A stretch of 31,666 nt of DNA. Source: Candidatus Ratteibacteria bacterium (GTDB taxonomy: Bacteria > Ratteibacteria > UBA8468 > B48-G9 > DTJG01). The notes beneath the pieces were generated by a model. It saw nothing but the letters and a program-made list of their open reading frames with translations, searched no databases and was not told the DNA's origin. Positions 1 through 9,204 of the stretch are shown here, piece after piece. The translations under genes and the position numbers were made by a program. Within the stretch, counting starts at the first letter, position 1. The number at the start of each line of letters is the position of its first letter. The stretch spans positions 1-31,666 of the forward strand of contig JBMFLH010000009.1 in NCBI GenBank assembly GCA_049971295.1, in the 5' to 3' direction.

Positions 1-2
1 CC

Positions 3-680
3 CATGCCGGGCTTGTGAATCTTCAGGATATTATTGGTAGAATGCCAGGCGACTCTGTCACCACAAATACAAACCAGAAACTTTATTTTTTTCTTCCATC
101 CCTTGAAGAACTTATTCTTCATTATGTAAAAAGAAGCACACAGATTATTTATCCCAAGGATGCAGGTTATTTGATTTTGAAATTAGGAATAAAACAGGGG
201 ATGAAAATCCTTGAAATTGGAACTGGTTCAGGCGCAATGACCTTGATTCTTACGTATTTTGCAGGTAGCAATGGTAAAGTTTATACTTACGAAGAGAGAG
301 AAGAGTTTGCAAAAAAGGCAAAAAATTTGATTGAAGAGATGCAACTTTTAGATAGGGTCATATTTCACATAAAAAACATTGATGATGGAATTGAAGAAAA
401 TGAATTTGATTGTGCGGTGATTGACTTGAAAGAACCTGAAAATTATCTTCCTGATGTTGTTAATTGTCTTTCCTATGGAGCAATATTTGGAATAGTTGTT
501 CCAACAACAAATCAGGTTTCAGCAGTCATTCAAATTTGTGAGAACCTGCCGGTGATGAATATTGAAGTGTGCGAGATACTCTTCAGAAAATATCGGGTCA
601 ATTCAGAAAGATTAAGACCATTTGATGTGATGGTCGGTCACACTGCATACCTGATTACCGGAAGAAAAATAAAAAAATAG
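3..680 (+). CDS. trmI: tRNA (adenine(58)-N1)-methyltransferase, 5'-truncated by the window edge
   Basis: Motifs RSTQIIYPKD, SAM-binding LEIGTGSGAMT, YEEREEF and RLRP..MVGHTAY. The frame is open to the window start (HAGLV...), so the listed GTG at 15 is not the true start. Confidence 0.92.
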   Translation, partial: HAGLVNLQDIIGRMPGDSVTTNTNQKLYFFLPSLEELILHYVKRSTQIIYPKDAGYLILKLGIKQGMKILEIGTGSGAMTLILTYFAGSNGKVYTYEEREEFAKKAKNLIEEMQLLDRVIFHIKNIDDGIEENEFDCAVIDLKEPENYLPDVVNCLSYGAIFGIVVPTTNQVSAVIQICENLPVMNIEVCEILFRKYRVNSERLRPFDVMVGHTAYLITGRKIKK

Positions 681-687
681 AACCATA

Positions 688-737
688 GTGAATTTCCGGT
701 GCTACACCTCATCAGTTACATCGCCCTGTAATTTCAC
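688..737 (-). ncRNA. Hammerhead ribozyme-like motif (type III layout, two core deviations)
   Basis: Minus strand reads GTGAA-A-TTACA(gggcga)TGTAA-CTGATGA-GGTG(tag)CACC-G-GAAA-TTCAC. It has three stems, the CUGAUGA core and GAAA, but lacks the U of the UH cleavage site and has an extra G before GAAA. Confidence 0.35.
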
Positions 738-820
738 CGGTTGAATTCTCTTCAACTTTCTTCTTCCTTTCCCTTTTCTTTGAAAAATATTATATATCTT
801 GGCAAAACACTGCCGATACC

Positions 821-849
821 TTTCTAAAACATTGTAATTCGTGTATAAT
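821..849 (+). promoter_or_regulatory. Sigma70-type promoter for rarA, probably leaderless transcript
   Basis: Perfect TATAAT at 844-849, 6 nt before ATG 856. Weak -35 (TTTCTA) at 17-bp spacing. No Shine-Dalgarno. Confidence 0.45.
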
Positions 850-855
850 TTTAGT

Positions 856-2226
856 ATGAACGACCAACTTTTTGAACAAAATAATAGCAGTAAAATTGAG
901 TATGAGCCACTTGCATATAGATTGAGGCCACAAACTCTTGAGGAATTTGTTGGTCAAAAGCACATTCTTGGCGAGGAGAAAATTCTTAGAAAACTTATTA
1001 TGACAGACAATCTACCGAATATGATATTCTATGGTCCACCCGGTTGTGGAAAAACCGCACTTGCGCAACTTATAGCCAGAACAACAAAAAAACGATTCGT
1101 CAGTTTGAATGCAATTACTGCAACAGTGGCTGATGTCAGAAAAATTATAGACCAGGCGAACTGGAACAAAAAGCAAAAGACTCAGAGAACAATTCTTTTT
1201 ATTGACGAGATTGCTCACTTTAACAAACTTCAGCAGGACGCCTTAATGCCTGAAGTCGAAAATGGAACAATTATACTGATAGGTGCAACCACACATAATC
1301 CGTTTTTTTCAATAAATAAGGCGCTTGTCTCCCGTTCAACTGTGTTTGAATTCAAAAAACTTGAAATAGACGACATTATAACGATTATCAATAGAGCTCT
1401 GACAGATAAAAAAAATGGACTTGGTGAACACAAAATTGAAATGTCTGAAGAGGTAAAAAAATACATTGCAAAATATTCAAATAGAGACGCCAGGGTCGCT
1501 CTGAATATTCTTGAAACTATTGCCAGTGTCGCGGACAAAAATGCAGGTGGTACAAACATTATTGATATGGAAACTGTCAGGGAAATTACAGGGAAAAAAT
1601 ACACTGGATACGATAGAGAAGACCAGCACTATGATACCATTTCGGCATTCATAAAAAGTATCAGGGGTTCTGACCCTAATGCTGCATTGTACTGGCTGGC
1701 AAAGATGCTCGTATCAGGAGAAGACCCCGCCTTTATTGCGCGGAGACTGGTTATTGCAGCATCAGAAGATATTGGGAACGCAGACCCGATGGGAATTGTC
1801 GTGGCATCATCAGCGCTTTCTGCTGTCCAGCATACTGGTATGCCAGAAGCGCAGATATGCCTTGCTCAGGCGACCATATACCTTGCGACAGCACCAAAAA
1901 GTAACGCCAGTTATCTTGCGATTAAATCAGCAACGGAAGAGATTGAAAAAGAAATGATTCAAGAAGTACCAGACCATCTCAAAGGAACCGGTTATTCTGG
2001 CGCAAAAATTCTTGGACATGGAAAGGGATACCTCTATCCACACGATTACAAAGGTCACTTTGTACCGCAGAAATATACCGAAAAACAACTTTTTTTTTAC
2101 AAACCCACTGACTCTGGATATGAACGAAAAATCAAAATGTTCCTTCAAAGAATTGAAGCATTGAAAAAAATTAAAAAAACACTGGAGACCGATGATAAAA
2201 GCGGAAATCAGAAAACAAATTCTTGA
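856..2226 (+). CDS. rarA: Replication-associated recombination protein A (MgsA/RarA AAA+ ATPase)
   Basis: PLAYRLRP, Walker A GPPGCGKT, Walker B LFIDEI, SAFIKSIRGSDPNAALYWLA, ASEDIGNADP and YLYPHDY. ATG 856 preferred over GTG 841. Confidence 0.96.
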   Translation: MNDQLFEQNNSSKIEYEPLAYRLRPQTLEEFVGQKHILGEEKILRKLIMTDNLPNMIFYGPPGCGKTALAQLIARTTKKRFVSLNAITATVADVRKIIDQANWNKKQKTQRTILFIDEIAHFNKLQQDALMPEVENGTIILIGATTHNPFFSINKALVSRSTVFEFKKLEIDDIITIINRALTDKKNGLGEHKIEMSEEVKKYIAKYSNRDARVALNILETIASVADKNAGGTNIIDMETVREITGKKYTGYDREDQHYDTISAFIKSIRGSDPNAALYWLAKMLVSGEDPAFIARRLVIAASEDIGNADPMGIVVASSALSAVQHTGMPEAQICLAQATIYLATAPKSNASYLAIKSATEEIEKEMIQEVPDHLKGTGYSGAKILGHGKGYLYPHDYKGHFVPQKYTEKQLFFYKPTDSGYERKIKMFLQRIEALKKIKKTLETDDKSGNQKTNS

Positions 2227-2746
2227 AATAATGAAGAAAATGAATGTTCAGGAGTGGAAGGAAAAAAGTGAAAAAATCTTTACCAACTTTACATCCCTTC
2301 CCGAATATTCTCAGTGCTGGGTTCTGATGAGTTATGTATCTTTTGATAAGGAAGTAAGCACAATTCCAATCATCAATGATTGCCTGGCAAAAGCAAGAAC
2401 AGTTTGCGTACCAAAGATTGACTGGAAAAATCTCTCAATGGTTCCAGTCCAAGTATTTAACGAAGATGACATTGACTTTTCACAAAAAATTCCACAACCT
2501 TTCAGCGACGCGCACATTTCGGTTTCTGAAATTGAACTGGTGATTGTACCAGGTATTGCCTTTGATAGAAATTGCAATCGACTTGGCAGGGGAAAAGGAT
2601 TTTACGATAGATTCCTTGCCACATGCAATGCAATCAAAATTGGACTTGCTTTTGATTTCCAGGTACTTGAAGAAATCCCTGTCAGCAAACACGATATCCC
2701 GATGGAAATCATTGTTACTGAAAGCCAGATTATCAAAAAAACTTAA
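2192..2746 (+). CDS. ygfA: 5-formyltetrahydrofolate cyclo-ligase
   Basis: N-terminal KAEIRK, signature VPGIAFDRNCNRLGRGKGFYDRFL and HDIPM..IVTE. Confidence 0.93.
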   Translation: MIKAEIRKQILEIMKKMNVQEWKEKSEKIFTNFTSLPEYSQCWVLMSYVSFDKEVSTIPIINDCLAKARTVCVPKIDWKNLSMVPVQVFNEDDIDFSQKIPQPFSDAHISVSEIELVIVPGIAFDRNCNRLGRGKGFYDRFLATCNAIKIGLAFDFQVLEEIPVSKHDIPMEIIVTESQIIKKT

Positions 2747-4239
2747 ATCTGTTGGTCAGATATCTTTTTCAATTGGAGATACTTTTCGTATGGCTGTTGC
2801 CACTGGTCATGATTTTCAGGTAGATATTCAATCACAGGAAATGATTCTGCAACAAGTTTTCTGAATTCCTGATGATTTTTCACAATTTTTGCAGCTATCA
2901 TTTGAACACCAATATTTCCAATAGAAGTTGCTTCCACCGGACCACACAATACCCTTTTGTTTATACTGGATGCTGTAAAGGAAGAAAGTACCCTGTTCTG
3001 AGAGCCACCGCCAACAATGTGCAATGTGTCAATTTCTCCTGCAAGGGACTGGAGCCGCTCAATATGTAATCGATATTCAAGAGCCAGGCTTTCAAGTATT
3101 GTTCTTGAAATTTCACCGATACTCACAGGAATTTTTTGATTCGTTGTTTTGCAAAACCTTTGAATTTTCTCAACCATGTCTCCCGGAAATAAAAACATGG
3201 AATTGTTAACGTCAATGAGCGAAACAAACGGCTTTTCCTGGAAAGCAAGTTCGCCAAGTTCCACATATGAAAACTGTCGATTATAGGTTTTCTCCCATTG
3301 TCGTCTGCATTCCTGCCATATCCATAGTCCCATAATGTTTTTTAAAAATCTAATCTTTCCGTTATAGCCACCTTCATTGGTAAAATTGTATTCAAGTACC
3401 TTCTGGTTTATCAACGGGTTATCAAGTTCTTTTCCAAGAAGAGACCAGGTTCCTGAAGAAAGATACGCCCAGTTACCTTCTGCAGGAACAGCAAAAACAG
3501 CAGATGCTGTATCGTGACAACATACAGAATATACTGGAACCCTGTCGCAACCGGTCTCCTGACGAATGAATTTTGAAAGATACCCTAATTTTTTGCCAGG
3601 CGGAATAATATCACATAGAATGCTTGTCGGAATACCAAGTTTTTTCAAAATTTCCTTTGCCCAATCACCCCTTGGGTTGTATCTTTTTTTTTCAGGATTT
3701 AATATCTGAGAAGTTGAGGCAATCGTAAATTCATTTGCTATTACGCCGCACAACCAATAATTAAATAAATCAGGCATAAAAACCATTTTGTACGCTGATG
3801 AAAGCAACCATGAACATTCCTGTTTCGTTGCGTACAACTGAAATAAAGTGTTAAGAGGCATAAATTGAATACCTGTTTTTTGAAATATTTCCTGTCTGCC
3901 AACAATTCTGAAAACCTTCTTCATAATATCTTCTGTTCTGTTAACCCTGTAATGAAACGGTAGACACATTAAAATGCCATTTTTATCAAGAAATGCGTGA
4001 TCAACACCCCATGTCGTCACACCAGTGCCAACAATATTTTTACCAGCCGTCTTCAACGCTGTTTTTATTTCTCCAAAAATTGCAGGCGCATCCCAGAAAA
4101 GATGCCTGTCAATCTGTATTCTATACGTGGTAAATCTATGAATTTCCTTGATTTTCAAAATATTCTTTTCAAGCCAGCCAGCAATTGCTCTTCCGCTTTC
4201 TGCTCCAAGGTCAATTGCGAGAAAAATTGTGTTGTCCAT
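2743..4239 (-). CDS. rhaB: Rhamnulokinase-family (FGGY) sugar kinase
   Basis: LAIDLGAESGR, TWGVD, TGIQFMPLNTLFQL, HDTASAV, YLSSGTWSLLG, NFTNEGG, RFLKNIMGLW and GPVEAT. GGAGG RBS upstream. Confidence 0.9.
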   Translation of the reverse strand: MDNTIFLAIDLGAESGRAIAGWLEKNILKIKEIHRFTTYRIQIDRHLFWDAPAIFGEIKTALKTAGKNIVGTGVTTWGVDHAFLDKNGILMCLPFHYRVNRTEDIMKKVFRIVGRQEIFQKTGIQFMPLNTLFQLYATKQECSWLLSSAYKMVFMPDLFNYWLCGVIANEFTIASTSQILNPEKKRYNPRGDWAKEILKKLGIPTSILCDIIPPGKKLGYLSKFIRQETGCDRVPVYSVCCHDTASAVFAVPAEGNWAYLSSGTWSLLGKELDNPLINQKVLEYNFTNEGGYNGKIRFLKNIMGLWIWQECRRQWEKTYNRQFSYVELGELAFQEKPFVSLIDVNNSMFLFPGDMVEKIQRFCKTTNQKIPVSIGEISRTILESLALEYRLHIERLQSLAGEIDTLHIVGGGSQNRVLSSFTASSINKRVLCGPVEATSIGNIGVQMIAAKIVKNHQEFRKLVAESFPVIEYLPENHDQWQQPYEKYLQLKKISDQQI

Positions 4240-4259
4240 CGTTCCTCCGGGATGGATTT

Positions 4260-4287
4260 ATTATAATCCAGAGTAAATTTCGGTCAA
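4260..4287 (-). promoter_or_regulatory. Sigma70 promoter for rhaB
   Basis: TTGACC-16 bp-TATAAT on the minus strand. An inverted repeat TGGATT..AATCCA (4253-4270) overlaps the -10. Confidence 0.6.
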
Positions 4288-4392
4288 ATTCAACCAAAGG
4301 AAGCAGCAAAACTCCAGCAACAAATCCCAAAACCTAATAAAAGCAATGTTGATTTCCTATGGTTCAGGATTGAGATTGAAAATCTTCTTTAT

Positions 4393-4465
4393 TCACCATT
4401 ACCCTGAGTTCTCTCCCATGTTTTTTATCCTTCCCCTTGCAGGAGAGAATGGAATAAGGAGTAAA
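4393..4465. repeat. Degenerate REP-like pair
   Basis: TCACCATTACCCTGAGTTCTCTCCCATG followed by an opposite-sense copy TCCTTCCCCTTGCAGGAGAGAATGGAATAAGGAGTAAA. Resembles the copy at 17111. Confidence 0.4.
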
Positions 4466-4532
4466 TCCTAAATAAAAACCTGACGAAATTTGGTTATCTT
4501 CTTTTTAAATGTGCGTTCTGACTGGTTATGAC

Positions 4533-4560
4533 TTGACAGAAAATAAGCCAGTTATAAAAT
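4533..4560 (+). promoter_or_regulatory. Sigma70 promoter for the DUF4838 operon
   Basis: TTGACA (4533-4538)-16 bp-TAAAAT (4555-4560). AAGGAG RBS before ATG 4597. Confidence 0.65.
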
Positions 4561-4596
4561 TTACTCTAAACAAATTACCTTACAAAAGGAGAACTC

Positions 4597-6474
4597 ATGC
4601 CTCAAAATATCACAGTCATTAAAAAAAAGAATCATCCCACCATTGACTTTGCAGCCAGGGAGATTCAAAAATACCTCAAAAAAACCGGCTTGAAACAAAA
4701 AGTTCAGATTACTCTTGACATTGAAAATTACGACGATGAAGACAAGATATCAATCAAGCCACTGAATAATGGTTATCTTATCTCTGGATCAAACCCGAGA
4801 AGCGTTTTATTTGCCGCGTATAGATTTCTGGCAGAACTTGGGTTCAAATGGCTCAGACCAGGAAGACGCGGAGAAATAATTCCTGATATCAAAAAATTTA
4901 AAAGGAATATCAACGTTAATGAAAGGGCATCATACAAGTACAGAACATTGTGCATTGAAGGCGCTGCATCCCTACAACACATACTTGACCTGATTGACTG
5001 GGCGGCAAAAAACAGGATGAATGGATACTTTATCCAATTTGACTATGGAACGTACTTTTTCAAAAGATGGTATGCTCACCAGGACAATCCATATATGAAG
5101 CCAGAAAAATTTGATGAAACTGATGCAAAAAAATTCGTTGAAATCATCGCAAAAGAAGTCAAAAAAAGGGGTATGAGATTAGAAAAAATGGGACATGGCT
5201 GGACATGCCGGGCTCTTGGCATTCAGGGAGAGGGCTGGGACCCAACAAAAAACACAATATCTGAAATTCCAGAAGAAAAAAGAAACTGGATTGCTATGAT
5301 AGACGGAAAGAGGGAATTCTTCAAAAATGTCCCTCTCAATACAAATTTGTGTTATTCAAATCCATCTGTTCGTTCAGCCATTGCTGACGCAATCGTTGGG
5401 TATGCGGAAGAACATCCTGAAGTTGATGCAATCCATTTCTGGCTTGCAGATGGTTCAAATAATAACTGTGAGTGCGAGGACTGTCAGAAAGCAAGGGTTT
5501 CTGACTTTTATGTAAAAATTCTCAATGAACTTGATGAAAAACTTGCAGCTCGTAATATTCAGACAAAAATTGTTTTCCTCATATATGTTGACCTACTCTG
5601 GCCACCTGAAATTGAAAAGATAAAAAACCAGGACAGATTCATTATTATGTTTGCACCCATTACGAGAAGTTATATTCAATCATTTGCAAATACAAAACCC
5701 GATCAAGGGATAAAACCATACATAAAAAATAAACTTGAGTTTCCGAAAAATGCAGCGGATAACATGCTTTACCTTCAAAAATGGCAGGATATGTTCAAAG
5801 GAGAGGGTGCAGATTTTGATTATCATCTTATCTGGGCGTGTTACTACGACTTAAATCACTTCACGATTGGAGAAGTATTATACAGGGACATCGTTTATCT
5901 TAAAAATATGAATCTGCACGGATTTATTTCGTGCCAGAACCAACGCGCAAGTTTTCCAACAAACTTTCTTATGGATATCCTATCTCAAACCTTGTGGAAT
6001 AGAAAAATCCCTTTTAAGAAAATTGTCGAAGAAAGTTTTTCCAATGCATTTGGAAAGGATTCAAAAAAAGTGATTGATTTTCTGAAAAAAATGTCTCAGC
6101 TCTGGAAGCCATTTTTTGAGCCAGTTTTTATTCCGCAACCTGATGAGAAGCGCATAGCCAGCGGCATCAAAAACATAAAAAAAATAGAAAAAATATGCGC
6201 AGAGTTTAGACCCTTTGTCGACAGAAAAGCAAAATCCACCAGCGGCGCAAACCAATGGTCGTGGAAGTACCTGCGATACTATCTTGAACTCCTTGGGCTT
6301 TTGTTGCCTGCGATGCTATGTTATCTTTATAGATCTTCTGAATGCAGAAAGAAGTTTGAAGAATTGTTTGAATTTCTCAGGAAGAACGAAAAAATTCTAC
6401 ACCCTGCTTTAGATGTTTCCACCTACATTAAGGTCCTTCAGTGGAGAGTCAACGAAGCAGAAGGAATTACATGA
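4597..6474 (+). CDS. DUF4838-family protein (putative glycoside-hydrolase-like, cytoplasmic)
   Basis: N-terminal GH20/67-like domain (FAAREIQKYL, ISGSNPRSVLFAAYRFL..LGFKW), LCYSNP, DG.NN.CECEDC, and FDYH. No signal peptide. Confidence 0.75.
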   Translation: MPQNITVIKKKNHPTIDFAAREIQKYLKKTGLKQKVQITLDIENYDDEDKISIKPLNNGYLISGSNPRSVLFAAYRFLAELGFKWLRPGRRGEIIPDIKKFKRNINVNERASYKYRTLCIEGAASLQHILDLIDWAAKNRMNGYFIQFDYGTYFFKRWYAHQDNPYMKPEKFDETDAKKFVEIIAKEVKKRGMRLEKMGHGWTCRALGIQGEGWDPTKNTISEIPEEKRNWIAMIDGKREFFKNVPLNTNLCYSNPSVRSAIADAIVGYAEEHPEVDAIHFWLADGSNNNCECEDCQKARVSDFYVKILNELDEKLAARNIQTKIVFLIYVDLLWPPEIEKIKNQDRFIIMFAPITRSYIQSFANTKPDQGIKPYIKNKLEFPKNAADNMLYLQKWQDMFKGEGADFDYHLIWACYYDLNHFTIGEVLYRDIVYLKNMNLHGFISCQNQRASFPTNFLMDILSQTLWNRKIPFKKIVEESFSNAFGKDSKKVIDFLKKMSQLWKPFFEPVFIPQPDEKRIASGIKNIKKIEKICAEFRPFVDRKAKSTSGANQWSWKYLRYYLELLGLLLPAMLCYLYRSSECRKKFEELFEFLRKNEKILHPALDVSTYIKVLQWRVNEAEGIT

Positions 6475-7445
6475 CGCACAGAGAAAGAGTAATCGCAACC
6501 ATTAAAGGCGATTCAATTGATAGAGTCCCCGCTGACTATTACGGCACTGCTGAAGCCACTGCCAAATATCTCAAGGAACTTCGCCTTAAAGACGAATTTG
6601 AATTGATTCAATTCCTCGACACAGATGTAATCAGGGCAGTGGCAGGCCCAGGAAAGGTGAAATTTTCAAGAGAAAAAGAATTTATGAAAAATGTTACGAG
6701 CCCCGCTGAAGTAAGAAAACTTTCAAAAGACATCCCACTGATTGACGACCTGATAGATAACACGCCAATTATCCAGGCAAGGAAACAGTATCCTGACTAT
6801 GCAATATTGACCTATGGACCTGGGTCAATCTTTCTGGGCGCAAACAGTTTTTTTGGTTATGAAACTTCACTGATGTATCATGCAGCAAGACCTGACTTGA
6901 TTAAAGAACTGATTAAATGCGCTGTTGAATATGCAATTGATGTAATTGACAAACTTTACAGAGATGTTGGAAATGCTGTTGACATCGTATCTCTTGAAGA
7001 TGACTTTGGAACACAAACATCACTGTACATAAGTTATGAGATGTTCCTCGAGTTTTACAAACCCGCATTCGCGACAATTATATCCCAACTAAAAAAATAC
7101 GGATATTTTGTTCAGTTCCATTCCTGTGGCGCAGTTTCTCAATTAATACCTGATTTTATAGAAATTGGCGTTGACATCCTCGACCCTGTACAGGTTTCAG
7201 CAAAAGGAATGGACATTGAAACACTGGCAAAAAAATTTAAAGATAAAATTTGTTTTCACGGTGGAATTGACACGCAAAAACTTCTACCTTATGGGACTCC
7301 GAAGCAGGTAAAAAATGAAGTCAAAAAAATCATTAAACTATTTGAATGCCGAAGGATTTTCATTTGCCCTTCCCAAAACTTTCTTCCTGATATACCAGTT
7401 GAAAATCTTCTGGCAATGTACAGAGCAGAAAGAACCTGTGACTGA
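6471..7445 (+). CDS. Uroporphyrinogen decarboxylase-family (UroD/MtaA-CmuA-like) protein
   Basis: MTHRERV..DRVP, DDFGTQ, FHSCG, GVDILDPVQ, FHGGIDTQ.LP.GTP. The start at 6471 overlaps the upstream stop (ATGA). Confidence 0.88.
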   Translation: MTHRERVIATIKGDSIDRVPADYYGTAEATAKYLKELRLKDEFELIQFLDTDVIRAVAGPGKVKFSREKEFMKNVTSPAEVRKLSKDIPLIDDLIDNTPIIQARKQYPDYAILTYGPGSIFLGANSFFGYETSLMYHAARPDLIKELIKCAVEYAIDVIDKLYRDVGNAVDIVSLEDDFGTQTSLYISYEMFLEFYKPAFATIISQLKKYGYFVQFHSCGAVSQLIPDFIEIGVDILDPVQVSAKGMDIETLAKKFKDKICFHGGIDTQKLLPYGTPKQVKNEVKKIIKLFECRRIFICPSQNFLPDIPVENLLAMYRAERTCD

Positions 7446-8089
7446 TGAAGGATAAAAACAATAAGGAAATTGCAGAAATTCTGTTCACATACGGACAAAT
7501 CAAACAGGATATTCAGGAAAAATTGAACCAATTCAAAAAGATAGGCAAAAGATTAAAAAGCAAAGAAATTTTCAAGGAACTGTGCTTTTGCATTCTGACG
7601 GTTCAATCAAAAGCTGAAAACTGCTGGAAATGCATAGAATCGCTTGATGATACAAATTTACTTGAAAATGGAAATTTCGACCAAATACTATGTCTCATGA
7701 AAGGTGTCAGGTTTCACAAAAGCAAAACCAAAAGAATTATTGAAGCCCGTTGGTCGCTACAGACTTTGATACGACTACTGAAATATGAAACAGATGCAAC
7801 CAAAATAAGGCAGTGGCTGGTGAAAAACGTCAATGGACTTGGAATGAAGGAAGCCACGCATTTTCTGAGAAATATCGGAAAAGCAGACAATCTTGCAATC
7901 CTTGACAGACACATTTTGAGAAGATTGCATAAACTTGGCATTATTGAAAAAATCCCCGGGTCTCTCAGTGTCAAAAATTACCTTGAAATTGAAAAGAAAA
8001 TGCAGGCATTCGCAAAATCAATCAAAATCCCTGTTAATCATCTTGATTTTGTTTTCTGGCATCAAGAAACAGGAAGGATATTCAAGTAA
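7445..8089 (+). CDS. ogg: N-glycosylase/DNA lyase (8-oxoguanine glycosylase, OGG2 type)
   Basis: ELCFCILT, VRFH..K, HhH motif GLGMKEATHFLRNIG, AILDRHILR and a C-terminal Lys (GRIFK). Confidence 0.92.
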   Translation: MKDKNNKEIAEILFTYGQIKQDIQEKLNQFKKIGKRLKSKEIFKELCFCILTVQSKAENCWKCIESLDDTNLLENGNFDQILCLMKGVRFHKSKTKRIIEARWSLQTLIRLLKYETDATKIRQWLVKNVNGLGMKEATHFLRNIGKADNLAILDRHILRRLHKLGIIEKIPGSLSVKNYLEIEKKMQAFAKSIKIPVNHLDFVFWHQETGRIFK

Positions 8090-8094
8090 AACCA

Positions 8095-8133
8095 CACCTT
8101 ACCTTAAGTCCCTACCACAAAAGAAAAGAAGAA
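8095..8133. repeat. Degenerate REP-like copy between convergent genes
   Basis: CACCTTACCTTAAGTCCCTACCACAAAAG resembles CTCACCATAATCCTACCCCACAAGG at 11173. Confidence 0.3.
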
Positions 8134-8192
8134 GACATGGGAGAACCCACAGTAAAAAAATTCGGTGAGATTTCAAAAGAAACGTCAAAAGA

Positions 8193-9200
8193 TTATCTTT
8201 CCCAGATGCCTGCAATCTTGAATCCGCATTTTTTGCAGGTGCCACCGATAATATTGTTTTCAGAAACAAGATACCCTTCTCTTCTAATAAGAAGGAACCC
8301 GCACTTCGGACAAACAGTATTTTCTCCTTCATCTCCAGGAATGTTGCCTGTGTACACATAATAGAATCCTGCTTCTCTCGCCATCCGTCTGAATTGCTTT
8401 ACTGTTCCTACTGCTGTTGGATAATGGTCTGACATTTTATATGTTGGGAAAAATCTTGAAAAATGCCAGGGAATTTCAAAAGAAATTTTTGAAATGGCAT
8501 CAACGAGTAGCCGAAAAACTTCTTCACTATCATTGTATCCTGGTATCAATAATGTTGTCACCTCAACCCAGATACCATAATCCTTCATCGCCTGAATGTT
8601 TCTCAGCACTGGCGCCAGATGAGCTCCACACAGATTTCTGTAAAAATTTTCATCTCCTTTAAGGTCAACATTTGCGGCGTCCAGATACGGCGCAATTTTT
8701 TTCAGTGCCTCTGGACTCATATATCCATTTGTCACAAAGTTATTTTTCAATCCTGCCTGTTTTGCAAGTACCGCGCATTCGTAAGCAAACTCAAAATAAA
8801 CAGTTGGTTCTGTGTATGTGTAGGAAATGCTATCGCAATTGAACTTTTTCGCATATCTTACGATTTCAGCAGGCGATGTCATTCCACCATAAGGCGTATA
8901 GTCCGAAGATGCCTGGGATATTTCAAAATTCTGACAAAATTGGCATTTGAAATTACAGCCAACTGTTGAAATTGAAAAGGCAGCGCTGCCTGGAAGAAAA
9001 TGGAAAAATGGTTTTTTCTCAATCGGGTCAACATTTTTTGCAACAGGGTATCCGTAAACAAGGGAAAAAAGTTCTCCATTGCGATTTATTCGTACGTTGC
9101 ATAATCCACGCGTGCCATCCTCAATTACACAAAAGTGATTACACAACCGACATCTGACCTTTTTCCCTTCAAGTTTTTCCTGAAAAAATGCCAGGTGCAT
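8193..9200 (-). CDS. amrS: AmmeMemoRadiSam system radical SAM enzyme
   Basis: VRCRLCNHFC, DPIEKKPFFHFLPGS, GCNFKCQFCQN, YTYTEPT, YVYTGN and CPKCG. Confidence 0.95.
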   Translation of the reverse strand: MHLAFFQEKLEGKKVRCRLCNHFCVIEDGTRGLCNVRINRNGELFSLVYGYPVAKNVDPIEKKPFFHFLPGSAAFSISTVGCNFKCQFCQNFEISQASSDYTPYGGMTSPAEIVRYAKKFNCDSISYTYTEPTVYFEFAYECAVLAKQAGLKNNFVTNGYMSPEALKKIAPYLDAANVDLKGDENFYRNLCGAHLAPVLRNIQAMKDYGIWVEVTTLLIPGYNDSEEVFRLLVDAISKISFEIPWHFSRFFPTYKMSDHYPTAVGTVKQFRRMAREAGFYYVYTGNIPGDEGENTVCPKCGFLLIRREGYLVSENNIIGGTCKKCGFKIAGIWER

Positions 9201-9204
9201 GGCG

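Noticed and set aside
681..2192. 6S RNA upstream of ygfA
   Set aside because: ygfA overlaps rarA directly, and the 681-840 spacer lacks a ~180-nt rod-shaped fold.
6471..7445. True hemE
   Set aside because: It lacks the HemE RQAGRY signature and has no haem-pathway context.
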